64,000 nt of DNA from Oceanispirochaeta sp. (GTDB lineage: Bacteria > Spirochaetota > Spirochaetia > DSM-2461): the NCBI GenBank assembly GCA_963663385.2, contig CAXXXD010000003.1, positions 1,440,001 to 1,504,000 of the forward strand, given 5' to 3'. A model generated the notes under the pieces. The model was not told the origin of the DNA. It saw only the letters and a list, made by a program, of their open reading frames with translations, and made no database searches. Shown here piece after piece: positions 49,731 through 59,540 of this stretch; positions within the stretch are counted from its first letter, which is position 1, and the number at the start of each line of letters is the position of its first letter. A program made the position numbers and the translations under genes.

Positions 49731-51517
49731 TGTTTTTCCTTCTTCATTGCATAGATTTCAAATGTATCGCCCCATCCGAATATTTGACAAGCCCGTAGAA
49801 GAACTGTTTTATCAAGAAACGATCGAAACGGCAGTTTCCAGGGAATCCTTTCCGGATGATATCCGGTCTGAACAATACGGATTTTTTCAAAACCGTACTT
49901 TTTCAGGACTTTCCTGACAGACCGGGCATCCCAGACAGTGTAGTGATCGTCCGGACTATTCTCATAAAACCGTTTTCTGTTCATAACAGCAGAAACGCCC
50001 CTTCCGTTCGGGGTTGAAAAAGCCAGGATCCCCTTTTGATTCAGAAGACCGTCGATCTTATCCAGTACCTGACGGAGATTTTTGAAGTGTTCAATTACAT
50101 ACCATAGAGTAATTATATCAAAGGACTGCATCTGAAACTCTCCAGCCGAATCAAAATCTTCAAATGAGCTGACACAGGCATGAACCTTCGGGAATTGATC
50201 CTTTATATATGCTATCCCCCCCGGAATGACATCAATGCCGAAACTGTCATATCCCCAGTCTGCTGAAGCGGACAGGAAAGGTCCGTATGCACACCCGATA
50301 TCCAGAAGGGATTTATGAAATGATGCCATCTTCCCGATGTGATTCAGTCGATTTATCCCCATTTTCTTAATATGCCCGAAATCCTGGATATATGTTTTCC
50401 CGTACTGTTTCAGGTAATCTTCAAAGAAGTATTCACTGTTGTAGATTTCACCTGCTTCCACCTCTCGGAAGTTGATCATATAGACCATCCTGCAGCGGGT
50501 TGAACCACAGCGGAAGTAGGTTTTGGAGGAGTTCCTGTACAGCACCGGGTTATGGGTACTTCCGCAAACGGGGCAGCGATTCACCGAGGGAGTGAGATTT
50601 TCCACCCACTGGCTGAACTCTTCAGGATGAGTCCTGTACCGATCCTGTAATATACCGTTTTTTTTCAGAAAATCCTCTGATTGAACCATCTTCAGGTACT
50701 TCCGGAGAATGGTTTTTCCGGAATGTCTCCAGGCTCTCTTCAAAAAAGGGAATCCCGCCTTTTGAGCCAGCTTGTCATGGTAGCCAGCTGGATTTAAAAG
50801 GATAACCGGCTTTCCGGCAGCTACCGCTTCAAAAGCGGTTATCCCGTAACTGCATAGAACAATATCACAATCCCTGATGTGCTGCTTCAAGGAGTCGGGC
50901 TTTTTTATAATGGAAACATTCTCTCCGGTATGGCTGATATTTTTATGAAAAGCAGGTCCCTGAACAATCTGCCATGTCTGTCCGGACGCTCCTGATCTGA
51001 CGGCATCCGCCAATCCGGAACTAAGATCAGCCGGATCTTCCCCCCCGAATGAAACAAGAACCTTTTTCAGGTCCGGCAGTCTTTTTCCAGCCGAAGAATG
51101 TTCCTCCCTGCTTTCGAGATTCAGAAGATTCAGTCCCTCACAGTTTGCGTTCTGTTTATAGATTCCCGGAAGGATATCAAGCAGGTAGGGAGCGGTATCC
51201 CTCAGTCGCCCTCCCTCGTCTACAGCTACAAGGGGTATGTTTCCCAGATCGGAGTGAAGAGAATCCTTCTCTGTGGAGCGGTTATCCAGAATAAGCAGAT
51301 CCCAGTCTTCCCCTGGATTGTTTCTGAACATTTTTTTTTCCGAACACCCTCCGGTCAGTTCCTCGATCTGAGTATCCGGAATGATTTCCGGACCTGAGGG
51401 AATGTAGAAATTCTGTACCGGAAGACTGGATGCCCATAGAGAGCAGCGCTTGATATGACCGGTGCCGTTCCCTCTCCTTGCTGAAGGAATAAAGAGTATT
51501 TTATCTTTTCTGATCAT
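49727..51517 (-). CDS. SpsG/PseG-like GT-B domain fused to Zn-finger class I SAM methyltransferase
   Basis: G.GTGH..R, LVSFGGED, GIT..EA...G.P; CPVC..C..C; LLDIGCAYG, VIEH, STPN. Confidence 0.8.
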   Translation of the reverse strand: MIRKDKILFIPSARRGNGTGHIKRCSLWASSLPVQNFYIPSGPEIIPDTQIEELTGGCSEKKMFRNNPGEDWDLLILDNRSTEKDSLHSDLGNIPLVAVDEGGRLRDTAPYLLDILPGIYKQNANCEGLNLLNLESREEHSSAGKRLPDLKKVLVSFGGEDPADLSSGLADAVRSGASGQTWQIVQGPAFHKNISHTGENVSIIKKPDSLKQHIRDCDIVLCSYGITAFEAVAAGKPVILLNPAGYHDKLAQKAGFPFLKRAWRHSGKTILRKYLKMVQSEDFLKKNGILQDRYRTHPEEFSQWVENLTPSVNRCPVCGSTHNPVLYRNSSKTYFRCGSTRCRMVYMINFREVEAGEIYNSEYFFEDYLKQYGKTYIQDFGHIKKMGINRLNHIGKMASFHKSLLDIGCAYGPFLSASADWGYDSFGIDVIPGGIAYIKDQFPKVHACVSSFEDFDSAGEFQMQSFDIITLWYVIEHFKNLRQVLDKIDGLLNQKGILAFSTPNGRGVSAVMNRKRFYENSPDDHYTVWDARSVRKVLKKYGFEKIRIVQTGYHPERIPWKLPFRSFLDKTVLLRACQIFGWGDTFEIYAMKKEKQ

Positions 51518-52185
51518 TTTTTCTTTAAGTGAGCAACCAGCTCTTCAATACCGATCGGTTTATTTTCGTATAGACAGTCAAATATCTCAGATATCGAATT
51601 GAAATCATCTTCTGTATCGATTGTAACACATCCATCGTAAGTAAAACTGGAAGGCGCGTCATAGTACTCCAGCACAAACTGATCAGGATTGTTATAAATA
51701 TAAGGGGTCACATGTTCATGATCATAAGAGTCTTCCGTCCGACTGTAGGCTTTCTCCAGTGCTGAAAAACGAAAGACTTCAACACCGCTTCCAAGGGGTA
51801 GTCCCCGCATAGCCGTATAATCCCATTCAGGATGATTTATAAGCTGCTCAAGCAGAAATGATGCGGGTTCCCAGGCGACCAGGGGATTATCCCCTGTAGC
51901 CCGGATAACATTATCAACCTTAAAAAATCTCCCTGCTTGAATAAACCGGTCCAGCACATCATCCCGGGAACCAGCAAATAACTGAAAATCCATTTTATCG
52001 GACAGATCCCTGAAAAAGGGCTCGTCCCCCTGTGCCGTCAACAGAACATGCACATCTGCAGGGATTTTTTTAAGAGAAGCCATTGCATGTTCAACAATGG
52101 CTTTTCCCTGAAGTGTTATCAAAGCTTTACCCGGCAGTCTTGTAGAATCCATCCGGGCTTGTAAAAATACCGCTGAAGTCGTCAT
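51514..52185 (-). CDS. SpsF/NeuA-like acylneuraminate cytidylyltransferase family protein
   Basis: QARM.STRLPGK, GS..DVL.RF, R.TGDNPL, EHVTPY, IDT.ED. Confidence 0.9.
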   Translation of the reverse strand: MTTSAVFLQARMDSTRLPGKALITLQGKAIVEHAMASLKKIPADVHVLLTAQGDEPFFRDLSDKMDFQLFAGSRDDVLDRFIQAGRFFKVDNVIRATGDNPLVAWEPASFLLEQLINHPEWDYTAMRGLPLGSGVEVFRFSALEKAYSRTEDSYDHEHVTPYIYNNPDQFVLEYYDAPSSFTYDGCVTIDTEDDFNSISEIFDCLYENKPIGIEELVAHLKKK

Positions 52186-53141
52186 TCCATTTCCCATAGT
52201 TCTGTAAGATTGTATGGATCCGTTTTAAATCTCAAACTGTTTTCATCAACCCAGTTTCTGATAGCTTTATAATCCTTGAATGCCTGAAAGATTCCACTGC
52301 CTGACTTTAGAAGGAAAAATAAAAACCGGCTGAACGGGAGGTTACAGGAATCTCCATTGAATTTCAATGTCAGGTTTTTCAGAAAAAACCGCCTGTAATA
52401 CTCATCCCGTGTCGTATCTTCCCGTGGGATATCTCCGGAATAACTGAGCTTAATATTTGTTCCAGTCTCGATTACATCTCCCCAAAGGAAAACTCTGAAA
52501 CCGAAATCCAGTTTTTGCCAGTACGGAGTCTTTATCTGTACATCAAACCCTCCGGACAGGATAAATTTCTGTTTGTTGTAAAGCCCGCAGTAATCATATG
52601 GGTAAAGTGTGGGCATTCTGTTCTTCATAGCCCCCAGAGGATAAACCTCAAGCCTTTTCTTGGAGAATCCGGGAGCAAATCTGGTTGGGACAGACTCTTT
52701 TCTTGAATTCATCAGCAAGGGGACCCGACAGAGAAACTCCCCCTCTGATGCAGTTCTGAAGATTCTATCGGCCTGGCTCCTGATCTGCAGATTCATATCA
52801 TTCCAGAAAACAAGAACATAGGATCCTGACGCTTCTTTAACAGCAATATTTATTCTCTCTCCGATACTTATTTCCGATGAAACCATTAGGAATTTCAAAC
52901 TTGTATATTTGGAAGCCAGCGCTTCCATTTCAAACACCTGATTTGAAGTTTCAACTGAAATGACTTCTCTGATCTGCAGCTCACACAGACTGCTGAGCAG
53001 ATCCGATTTAAAAGGCTTCCCGCCTCTATTAAGGATTACAACAGTAACTCCATCAAAAGAGAGAACATCTTTGGCACTCCCCGAGACGATAGTGTAACGT
53101 CCGGGAGAAGAGGGTTCAGAAGTTGTAGGTGTAGTACTCAT
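52182..53141 (-). CDS. GT-A (family 2-like) glycosyltransferase-like protein
   Basis: TVVILN, N.AV.EA...YVLV.W.D, GGFD, D.GFR. Confidence 0.65.
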   Translation of the reverse strand: MSTTPTTSEPSSPGRYTIVSGSAKDVLSFDGVTVVILNRGGKPFKSDLLSSLCELQIREVISVETSNQVFEMEALASKYTSLKFLMVSSEISIGERINIAVKEASGSYVLVFWNDMNLQIRSQADRIFRTASEGEFLCRVPLLMNSRKESVPTRFAPGFSKKRLEVYPLGAMKNRMPTLYPYDYCGLYNKQKFILSGGFDVQIKTPYWQKLDFGFRVFLWGDVIETGTNIKLSYSGDIPREDTTRDEYYRRFFLKNLTLKFNGDSCNLPFSRFLFFLLKSGSGIFQAFKDYKAIRNWVDENSLRFKTDPYNLTELWEME

Positions 53142-54624
53142 CGCAGTGCTCGCAAATTCCTGTATAAGAAGAGTTTAACTGGGAGTCATAATATTCACTC
53201 CCGTTATCCCAGATATCCTGAAGCTCCTGTTCAAAAACATTCCCCAAAACAGATTTCTTTTCAAGGTCCTCCCTGCAGACTACTACAGAGCCATCCAGGA
53301 GAATAACCATTTCCCGTTTAAGATGCCAACAGGGGAACCGCTTGACTGGAGAGAGATCGGTTACTTTTTTCTGTTCAAGAGCCCCGCAGAAATTATCGTA
53401 TTTCTGAATAATCACATTATCCGTTTTTTCTTTCCAGAAGCGATAGAACTGTTCAAGATCATCCTCGTTTTCAACGGTTCTGACAGCCTGAACCCAGGTA
53501 TGGGAAGGATTAAGACTCATAAAATGTTCTACCGTAGTCAGAGCTTCCTGCTGCCCCTCTCCCCGGAGCTTTTTATATAAATCGGGGTTTATGGCATCCA
53601 GAGAAAAAATCCAGTTCAACCTTTCTGATTCTATCAGGGATGAATGGCCGGCCATAAAGTCTCCCCAGCTGAGACCCGCTGTTTCTATCAGGATTTTTAA
53701 ACCAGTGCTATCCAGTATTCCCTGCAGCACCCCGGGCAGATCAGAATGGCATATCGCTTCTCCCCACAATGAAAGTGAAATGGTACTATCGGGAGCAAAG
53801 CTTTCAATTCGCCCGGCCAGATCCAGGATTTTATTCAGAGGCATCTCCTTGCTGCCGCCTCGATGATCGGGGTTGATCTTTGGATAGGGACAGTAGGAAC
53901 AGCTTTGAAGGCATTTCTCACTTATCTGTACCTGAAAATAAGCCGGAATAGTCCGGCAGTACTTTTCGATAGTGTCATCCATTGCAATTATAGAGGCACT
54001 GTCTGTTCCGCCGTTATCAACAATATTGCGCATCTGCCTCCAGTTTCTTTCTGTATCACAACATAGTGAGATCCTCTTCAGACGCATATCCCTGGGAGAA
54101 ATATCCGTTTCAATATCAAAAGCATTAATATCTTTTTGAATACAGGTAAAGAGAGAATCCCTCTCTATAGGCCCTTGCATATCCCCTGCCAATCCCTCCA
54201 GTTGCTTTAAACAGGAAATACTCAGGATCTCGGGGCTCAATCCATAGGGATACCCGTCGGCAAAGGAGTAGTCCGCATAATATTTGTAATGGTTTTCAAA
54301 CATCCGGTCCGTAAGATCACTGTCCAGCAGAGGTGTATCTCCGTAGATATATACACAGTTATCATAATCCCTGGATGCTGCTGCCAGAGCATTTATTAAG
54401 GCTCCGGGAGTATTCTCACTAAGGATCAGGGGGGGTTCCACAGTCTTTTCATGGAAAAACATTTTTAGCTGGCTAAGTTGCGATGCAACAGGTATAATTA
54501 AATCTATATCCGGAATGGCGTTACAATAATCCAGAATGGATTGGGCAACAGTTTTATCACGATAGATTATTTTTTGACAGTTTTCATTTATACCCGTCAG
54601 ATTTATGAAAGCAATATTCCTCAT
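53116..54624 (-). CDS. Spiro-SPASM protein (cytidylyltransferase-like - radical SAM - SPASM)
   Basis: GD.PLLD, YSFADGYP.GL.PE, CLQSCSYC, C-terminal C..L...DG.V..C.ED...C..C; start at ATG 54624. Confidence 0.9.
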   Translation of the reverse strand: MRNIAFINLTGINENCQKIIYRDKTVAQSILDYCNAIPDIDLIIPVASQLSQLKMFFHEKTVEPPLILSENTPGALINALAAASRDYDNCVYIYGDTPLLDSDLTDRMFENHYKYYADYSFADGYPYGLSPEILSISCLKQLEGLAGDMQGPIERDSLFTCIQKDINAFDIETDISPRDMRLKRISLCCDTERNWRQMRNIVDNGGTDSASIIAMDDTIEKYCRTIPAYFQVQISEKCLQSCSYCPYPKINPDHRGGSKEMPLNKILDLAGRIESFAPDSTISLSLWGEAICHSDLPGVLQGILDSTGLKILIETAGLSWGDFMAGHSSLIESERLNWIFSLDAINPDLYKKLRGEGQQEALTTVEHFMSLNPSHTWVQAVRTVENEDDLEQFYRFWKEKTDNVIIQKYDNFCGALEQKKVTDLSPVKRFPCWHLKREMVILLDGSVVVCREDLEKKSVLGNVFEQELQDIWDNGSEYYDSQLNSSYTGICEHCDEYYTYNF

Positions 54625-54697
54625 ATAAACTGTTATCGTCAGGATTTCAGGTTTATGTAAGAGAAAGATGTTATTCGGAGGCAGCTTGAAGTCCAGA

Positions 54698-55180
54698 ATG
54701 CGGAAAATACTAATAATCCTGTTTTTTTCAGTACCTTTTCTATCCTGTTCATCCGATCCGCTTAAAAATGAAAAGACGATTGAAAAATTCCTTATTTCCA
54801 ATCATTACACCTATTCCATAGATGCCGAAGGGGATTACAAATTAACCATACCTCTTGAAGATCATAATGAGTATGCCGTCTGGATCAGAAGAGAACTGAA
54901 CTACACAGACAACAAAGGGGTAAGAGAGATTTTTTCCATAGGAGCTCTTCTGTCTCAGGAACAGACAGAGTATCTCAGTTCCTATCTTCTTCAGGATAAC
55001 TACCAGACAAGGATAATGGGGAACTGGGCCTATATGAAGGATCATTCTGACGACAGGGTCATTCTGATTTATTTAATCAAGTTGCCTGCCTCTGCAGAAA
55101 GGGATTATCTTGAGTCTGCCCTGAAGGAAGCCGCCTTTGCCGCTGAGGTAATGAAAAGCGTTGTGCATTTGAAGGATTGA
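54698..55180 (+). CDS. Lipoprotein, possible YbjN-like fold
   Basis: Lipobox FLSC; Y.IDAEGDYKL pattern. Confidence 0.6.
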   Translation: MRKILIILFFSVPFLSCSSDPLKNEKTIEKFLISNHYTYSIDAEGDYKLTIPLEDHNEYAVWIRRELNYTDNKGVREIFSIGALLSQEQTEYLSSYLLQDNYQTRIMGNWAYMKDHSDDRVILIYLIKLPASAERDYLESALKEAAFAAEVMKSVVHLKD

Positions 55181-55214
55181 AATTCTACCGCGTTTAAGAG
55201 TATTTTCATTACTG

Positions 55215-56444
55215 ATGAACCATAACAGCCTGAACAGCAGCCGTATTCCTCTCTATAATGTTTCAGAAATAACCTATCTTATTAAAACTCAGCTGGAAGA
55301 GCAGTTCTCCCTTGTTCGGGTTAAAGGGGAAATAAGCACTTTCAGGAAGGCCGCTTCCGGACACTGTTATTTCAACCTGAAAGACAGGGACAGTATCATA
55401 AATGCGGTTCTTTTCCGTTTCCAGACGGAACAACTGGATTTTCTGCCGGCGGACGGGCAATCGGTTATCATTCTGGGAAGGATTTCCGTCTACCCTCAGA
55501 GGGGGAATTATCAGCTGATCTGTGAAACCATGGAAAAAGTCGGAAAAGGCGATCTTCTAATGATGCTGGAAGAAAGAAAGAAGAAACTGGCCTCCCTGGG
55601 ACTTTTTGATCAGGAACGGAAGAAGAGCCTCCCGCCCTATCCATCCAGAATCGGAGTTGTCACATCCGCAGAGGGAGCGGCCATTCAGGATATAATTCAG
55701 GTACTGAAGCGCAGAATGAACGGGTTTACCCTCCAGATTTACGACTCTCTGGTTCAGGGAGATAAAGCTCCTGCGTCCCTGGAATCGGGAATTGAGTTCT
55801 TTAACAGGAAAAAAGATGTGGATGTAATCATACTGGCACGGGGCGGCGGATCCGTAGAGGATCTTCTGGCTTTCAGCGACGAATCTGTCGTTCGGGCTGT
55901 TGCGTCATCCAGCATCCCCCTGATTACCGGAATCGGCCATGAGATTGATTTTTCCCTGTCAGATTTTGCTGCGGACGTCAGAGCTGCAACTCCATCGGCT
56001 GCCGCGGAGATACTGTCCCAGTCAGCTGTTGAGGTCAGACAGAAAATCATGGAAATAAAACAGTCCCTGACAGGGACAATGCAGCATAGTCTGGATAAAT
56101 ACCGATGGCAAATTGACAATAAGGGAGCGGAATCACTGATTCAGCACTATAATGGGATAGTTGCGGCCCGGCGAATCCATCTGGACAACATTCAGTATCA
56201 GCTAATGGATACGACAGATCACATTGTTAATAATTTCAGGCATAAAATAGAATTGAATAAAAACGCCATCCAATCCCAGTCACCGGAAAGAATCCTGAAA
56301 AAAGGATTTTCCCTGGTTGTGAAGGACAACAGAATCATTTCCAGATCAAAGGATCTGAAGGCGGGTGATCTGGTAAGCCTCACCATGCAGGACGGCTCGA
56401 AGGAAGCCCTGATTCAAGGAGAAATATCAAGTGAAAACGTTTGA
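55215..56444 (+). CDS. xseA: Exodeoxyribonuclease VII large subunit
   Basis: GEIS, SGH.YF.LKD, RGGGS.EDL, GHE.D, TPSAAAE. Confidence 0.97.
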   Translation: MNHNSLNSSRIPLYNVSEITYLIKTQLEEQFSLVRVKGEISTFRKAASGHCYFNLKDRDSIINAVLFRFQTEQLDFLPADGQSVIILGRISVYPQRGNYQLICETMEKVGKGDLLMMLEERKKKLASLGLFDQERKKSLPPYPSRIGVVTSAEGAAIQDIIQVLKRRMNGFTLQIYDSLVQGDKAPASLESGIEFFNRKKDVDVIILARGGGSVEDLLAFSDESVVRAVASSSIPLITGIGHEIDFSLSDFAADVRAATPSAAAEILSQSAVEVRQKIMEIKQSLTGTMQHSLDKYRWQIDNKGAESLIQHYNGIVAARRIHLDNIQYQLMDTTDHIVNNFRHKIELNKNAIQSQSPERILKKGFSLVVKDNRIISRSKDLKAGDLVSLTMQDGSKEALIQGEISSENV

Positions 56445-56622
56445 AGAAAGAATGGCCAGGCTTGAAGAGATCAATACTTTGTTAAAAGAAGGCAGGAATA
56501 CCTTCTCCGAAATGACAGAACTTTTTGAAGAGGGTATTACACTGTCTTCAAGTCTTGAAATAGAACTGAACCGGGCTGAACAGAAAATAATACAGCTTAA
56601 GGAAAATCATCAGGAAAAATAA
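56431..56622 (+). CDS. xseB: Exodeoxyribonuclease VII small subunit
   Basis: FEE.M.RLEEI...FEEG..L...L..AEQKI; follows xseA. Confidence 0.92.
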   Translation: MKTFEERMARLEEINTLLKEGRNTFSEMTELFEEGITLSSSLEIELNRAEQKIIQLKENHQEK

Positions 56623-57031
56623 GCTGGTCCCCTATCTGTATCCCATTTTCTTTATAGAAGCCCCTGTTCACCTCAAGCGCATAAAGGATTGAATAAACAG
56701 AGGAGACAGGATTTTCCGAATAGGGCTGAAGATCATGAATTTCCCGGATTTGGCCCGACTTGCTGATATAGGCGATTGTAAGAGGAATTCCGGTATCCTT
56801 CATCCAGAAGGATACTTTTTTTTCTTTTTCAAAAATGAAAAGCATCCCCCTGTCCGCAGGCAGTTCCTCCCGCTTCATCAATCCCTTCTCCCTTTTCCGG
56901 GGAGTATCGGCAATTTCAGCCAGTATTGTTGTTTCATTAATCCTGAGACTTTGAATCTCATTCTTCTCCTCGGCTGTACAGGACGAAATAAAAAAGATGG
57001 ATGTTATAATAAGAAGATATTTTATATTCAT
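56597..57031 (-). CDS. DUF192 lipoprotein
   Basis: EIADT...R..GLM.R......GMLF.F.......FWMK.T.IPL, ALEV..G. Confidence 0.9.
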   Translation of the reverse strand: MNIKYLLIITSIFFISSCTAEEKNEIQSLRINETTILAEIADTPRKREKGLMKREELPADRGMLFIFEKEKKVSFWMKDTGIPLTIAYISKSGQIREIHDLQPYSENPVSSVYSILYALEVNRGFYKENGIQIGDQLIFPDDFP

Positions 57032-57657
57032 TAAAAATCCTTCAGGAATTCCTCTCTGGAAATCTCTTTAAACCCTTCTCTTGTACGGGCATCTTCCAGA
57101 AAACCTTCAAATGTTTTTCTATCCAGGTATTTAAGTGTAAGAGGATATTCCAGTGTCAGAATAACCGTCTCGTTTTCCCAGGTCATTCCCCGGGGAGAAA
57201 GATCATCAGGAGTACCGTATTTACGGGTCAGATCCTGCTGCATGGTAAAAAAATCCATCTGTTCCAGATCAAAGGTCAGAATTATTAAATACAGCTGTTC
57301 TTCATTAAACTGGAAAAATCCCTCATCTATAAAACCACGCCCTTTGGCTGAAATCAGGTAACGGCTGCCAAAATCCTGAAGTGAGACATCAGGTTCACCT
57401 CTGTAATCAAAACGGGATTCCGCAATCAGAGCAGTTTTTACCTGTTCCAGTGGCATCCCCAATAGGATATTTCGATACCCCTCCGGAAGAGGAACAGAGT
57501 CATCCTCTTTTACCTGAATATTCTCAGTGGAGATCTTGCTTTGAGAGTCTGATTCATTCTGCACAGGATCAATTGCGGTTTGTCCGGCAAGATTAAAAGC
57601 TACTGTGCATAAAAAAAAGATAATTGAATAAAAAATCCGCAGGTTCATAATACTCAT
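57031..57657 (-). CDS. Exported hypothetical protein
   Basis: Signal peptide; GYR.I.LGM...KYG.P pattern; 1-nt overlap with the DUF192 gene. Confidence 0.7.
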   Translation of the reverse strand: MSIMNLRIFYSIIFFLCTVAFNLAGQTAIDPVQNESDSQSKISTENIQVKEDDSVPLPEGYRNILLGMPLEQVKTALIAESRFDYRGEPDVSLQDFGSRYLISAKGRGFIDEGFFQFNEEQLYLIILTFDLEQMDFFTMQQDLTRKYGTPDDLSPRGMTWENETVILTLEYPLTLKYLDRKTFEGFLEDARTREGFKEISREEFLKDF

Positions 57658-57764
57658 AATATCGGCTCCTGCACTTTATGAATATATATGTTTATAACTG
57701 TAAATGAAGCTTTTTTAAGCTGTATCAGTTTACTTGAGGTATAAACATATACTATGATATTTTT

Positions 57765-59213
57765 ATGAACAAACGAATCCTGTTTGGCTTGATCGTTCTG
57801 CTTTCCGCCTTCAGACTTTTTTCACAAAGCGGTTATCCGAAGATAGATATAAAAATTCAAACCCAGGAAGAGTATTCCCGTCTCCCCCGACTGGAAGAGG
57901 AAGATCTTTATAATAAAGCAAAAGCTGTATTTTCCCAGGGGCTTGAGATAGTCTGTGATATCGAAGGGGTACGTGTTTTTATTTCCGATTCAGAAAGAGG
58001 AACAACCCCTTATGAAAACAATGATATCCCCATCGGTCATTATAGAATAAAACTTGCCAAATCCGGCAGGGAAGATCTCGTTTTCTGGGTAAATATTAAT
58101 AAAGGTAAGAGGACTACCGTATCGATTCAGTATGTTCCTGCAGAAACGGAGCATTCGGAGAGTAAACCAGATCTGATAATACGAAACGGGACCGCCTATA
58201 AGTGGTTGAATCCTTCTGATCCCCTTTATTACAGAAGGATCCTTTTTTCCAAGCAGCTTTTTACAGATGACCGGACCGATCTTATACTGACAGACAGTGA
58301 AAACACGCCTCTCATCACGCTCTCTCCTGAGAAAGAATCAGATAATAACTTTATATACTACTGGAGCGGTCAGGATATTGACGGTAATCCTGTAAACGAT
58401 GGTTTGTACGCCCTCTATTCGGTAAGTGACTTTGCTCAGAACTCCCGTTTTTATACGGATCAACGGTTTTCCCGTAAAGCGGCCAACTATTTTTCCGGTT
58501 TTTCCGGTTTATGCCTGGTCCCTTCTGCCCAGCCCATATTTCAGAATAGTTTCCAGTTTGGTTCATTTATCAGCAAAGAGATGAATCTGACTGATTCGGA
58601 TCAACCGTCCAACCTGCCCTTTTCATTTTTTCTGAGGTTTTCACCTGTCAGTAGATGGGAATCAGCCTTTGAGGGAGAAGTTTCCATCCACCCTGACAAC
58701 AGTATTCCTCTGATCAAACTAAATACTTCCCAGAAAGTCCTGATTACGGGGAACGGTCCGTTTCTGTTTTCCCTGAACGGTCGCTTCAGTTACAGAGCCG
58801 ATATAAATGACTTTGAAGAACTGGTCTATAATAATATTATACGGGACCCCGCCGGGGCTTCCCTGGCTTTTCCCGTACAGTTCAAAGTAAATTTATGGGA
58901 CTTCTATATTGCCCCCGAAGCAATTTATTCCTTTAAACCAGTCCTGCCCGATATGGGAAAGGAGAAGCAGGATTTTATGGGTACCGCCAGATGGGGGGTT
59001 TCCTATACGGACCGGTATTTTCAGGCAGGTTTTTCTTCAGCCCTCCATTCAGGTTCTGTGAGAGGGACCCCTATCGTTATGCAGAGTGCTTTGGAATGCA
59101 CCCTATTCCTCCCCCGGTCGCCCCTTTACCTCAATGGTTACCTTGTGTATCAGGAGATTAGGGAGGGAGAAGAAAATACGGCTATAGGACTGGGATTGGG
59201 ATTTTTGCTTTAA
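57765..59213 (+). CDS. PEGA-domain outer-membrane protein with FlgD-Ig-like domain
   Basis: Signal peptide; V.I....G.TP...G.Y.IKL.K.G PEGA; WSGQD.DG..V.DG.Y; beta-strand C-terminus ending GLGLGFLL. Confidence 0.7.
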   Translation: MNKRILFGLIVLLSAFRLFSQSGYPKIDIKIQTQEEYSRLPRLEEEDLYNKAKAVFSQGLEIVCDIEGVRVFISDSERGTTPYENNDIPIGHYRIKLAKSGREDLVFWVNINKGKRTTVSIQYVPAETEHSESKPDLIIRNGTAYKWLNPSDPLYYRRILFSKQLFTDDRTDLILTDSENTPLITLSPEKESDNNFIYYWSGQDIDGNPVNDGLYALYSVSDFAQNSRFYTDQRFSRKAANYFSGFSGLCLVPSAQPIFQNSFQFGSFISKEMNLTDSDQPSNLPFSFFLRFSPVSRWESAFEGEVSIHPDNSIPLIKLNTSQKVLITGNGPFLFSLNGRFSYRADINDFEELVYNNIIRDPAGASLAFPVQFKVNLWDFYIAPEAIYSFKPVLPDMGKEKQDFMGTARWGVSYTDRYFQAGFSSALHSGSVRGTPIVMQSALECTLFLPRSPLYLNGYLVYQEIREGEENTAIGLGLGFLL

Positions 59214-59222
59214 CAGGTTTTA

Positions 59223-59540
59223 TCAGGATGAGAGAAGCAGATAAATCAGAACAGGAATAAGCAGCAGCATTAATGTTCCCATAATCCAGAATGTCTTGTC
59301 GCTGAGGTACTGCTTCCACACCCGTTTTTCCTTCTCCGTAACAGAAAGCGGGACTCGTTCCGTATTATCTGATTTCCCGGCCAGATAACCGCAGGAAGGA
59401 CAGCCCTTTCTGAATTCCTCCGATTTACCGCTGTAGTTGCAGCGCGGGCATTTTACAGCTTTAAACAGAACTCCGCAGGAAGGGCATTCATCACAATCAA
59501 TCTCTACTTTTTCCCCGCAGTTATCACAGTAGAACCCCAT
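59223..59540 (-). CDS. Double zinc-ribbon membrane protein
   Basis: Four CxxC motifs plus a C-terminal TM helix. Confidence 0.8.
   Translation of the reverse strand: MGFYCDNCGEKVEIDCDECPSCGVLFKAVKCPRCNYSGKSEEFRKGCPSCGYLAGKSDNTERVPLSVTEKEKRVWKQYLSDKTFWIMGTLMLLLIPVLIYLLLSS

Noticed and set aside
54625..54801. N-terminal extension of the spiro-SPASM ORF
   Set aside because: Overlaps the divergent lipoprotein gene; the recognisable domain starts at ATG 54624
57659..57690. sigma28 promoter (GCCGATAT on the minus strand)
   Set aside because: Good -10 but no convincing TAAA -35 at correct spacing
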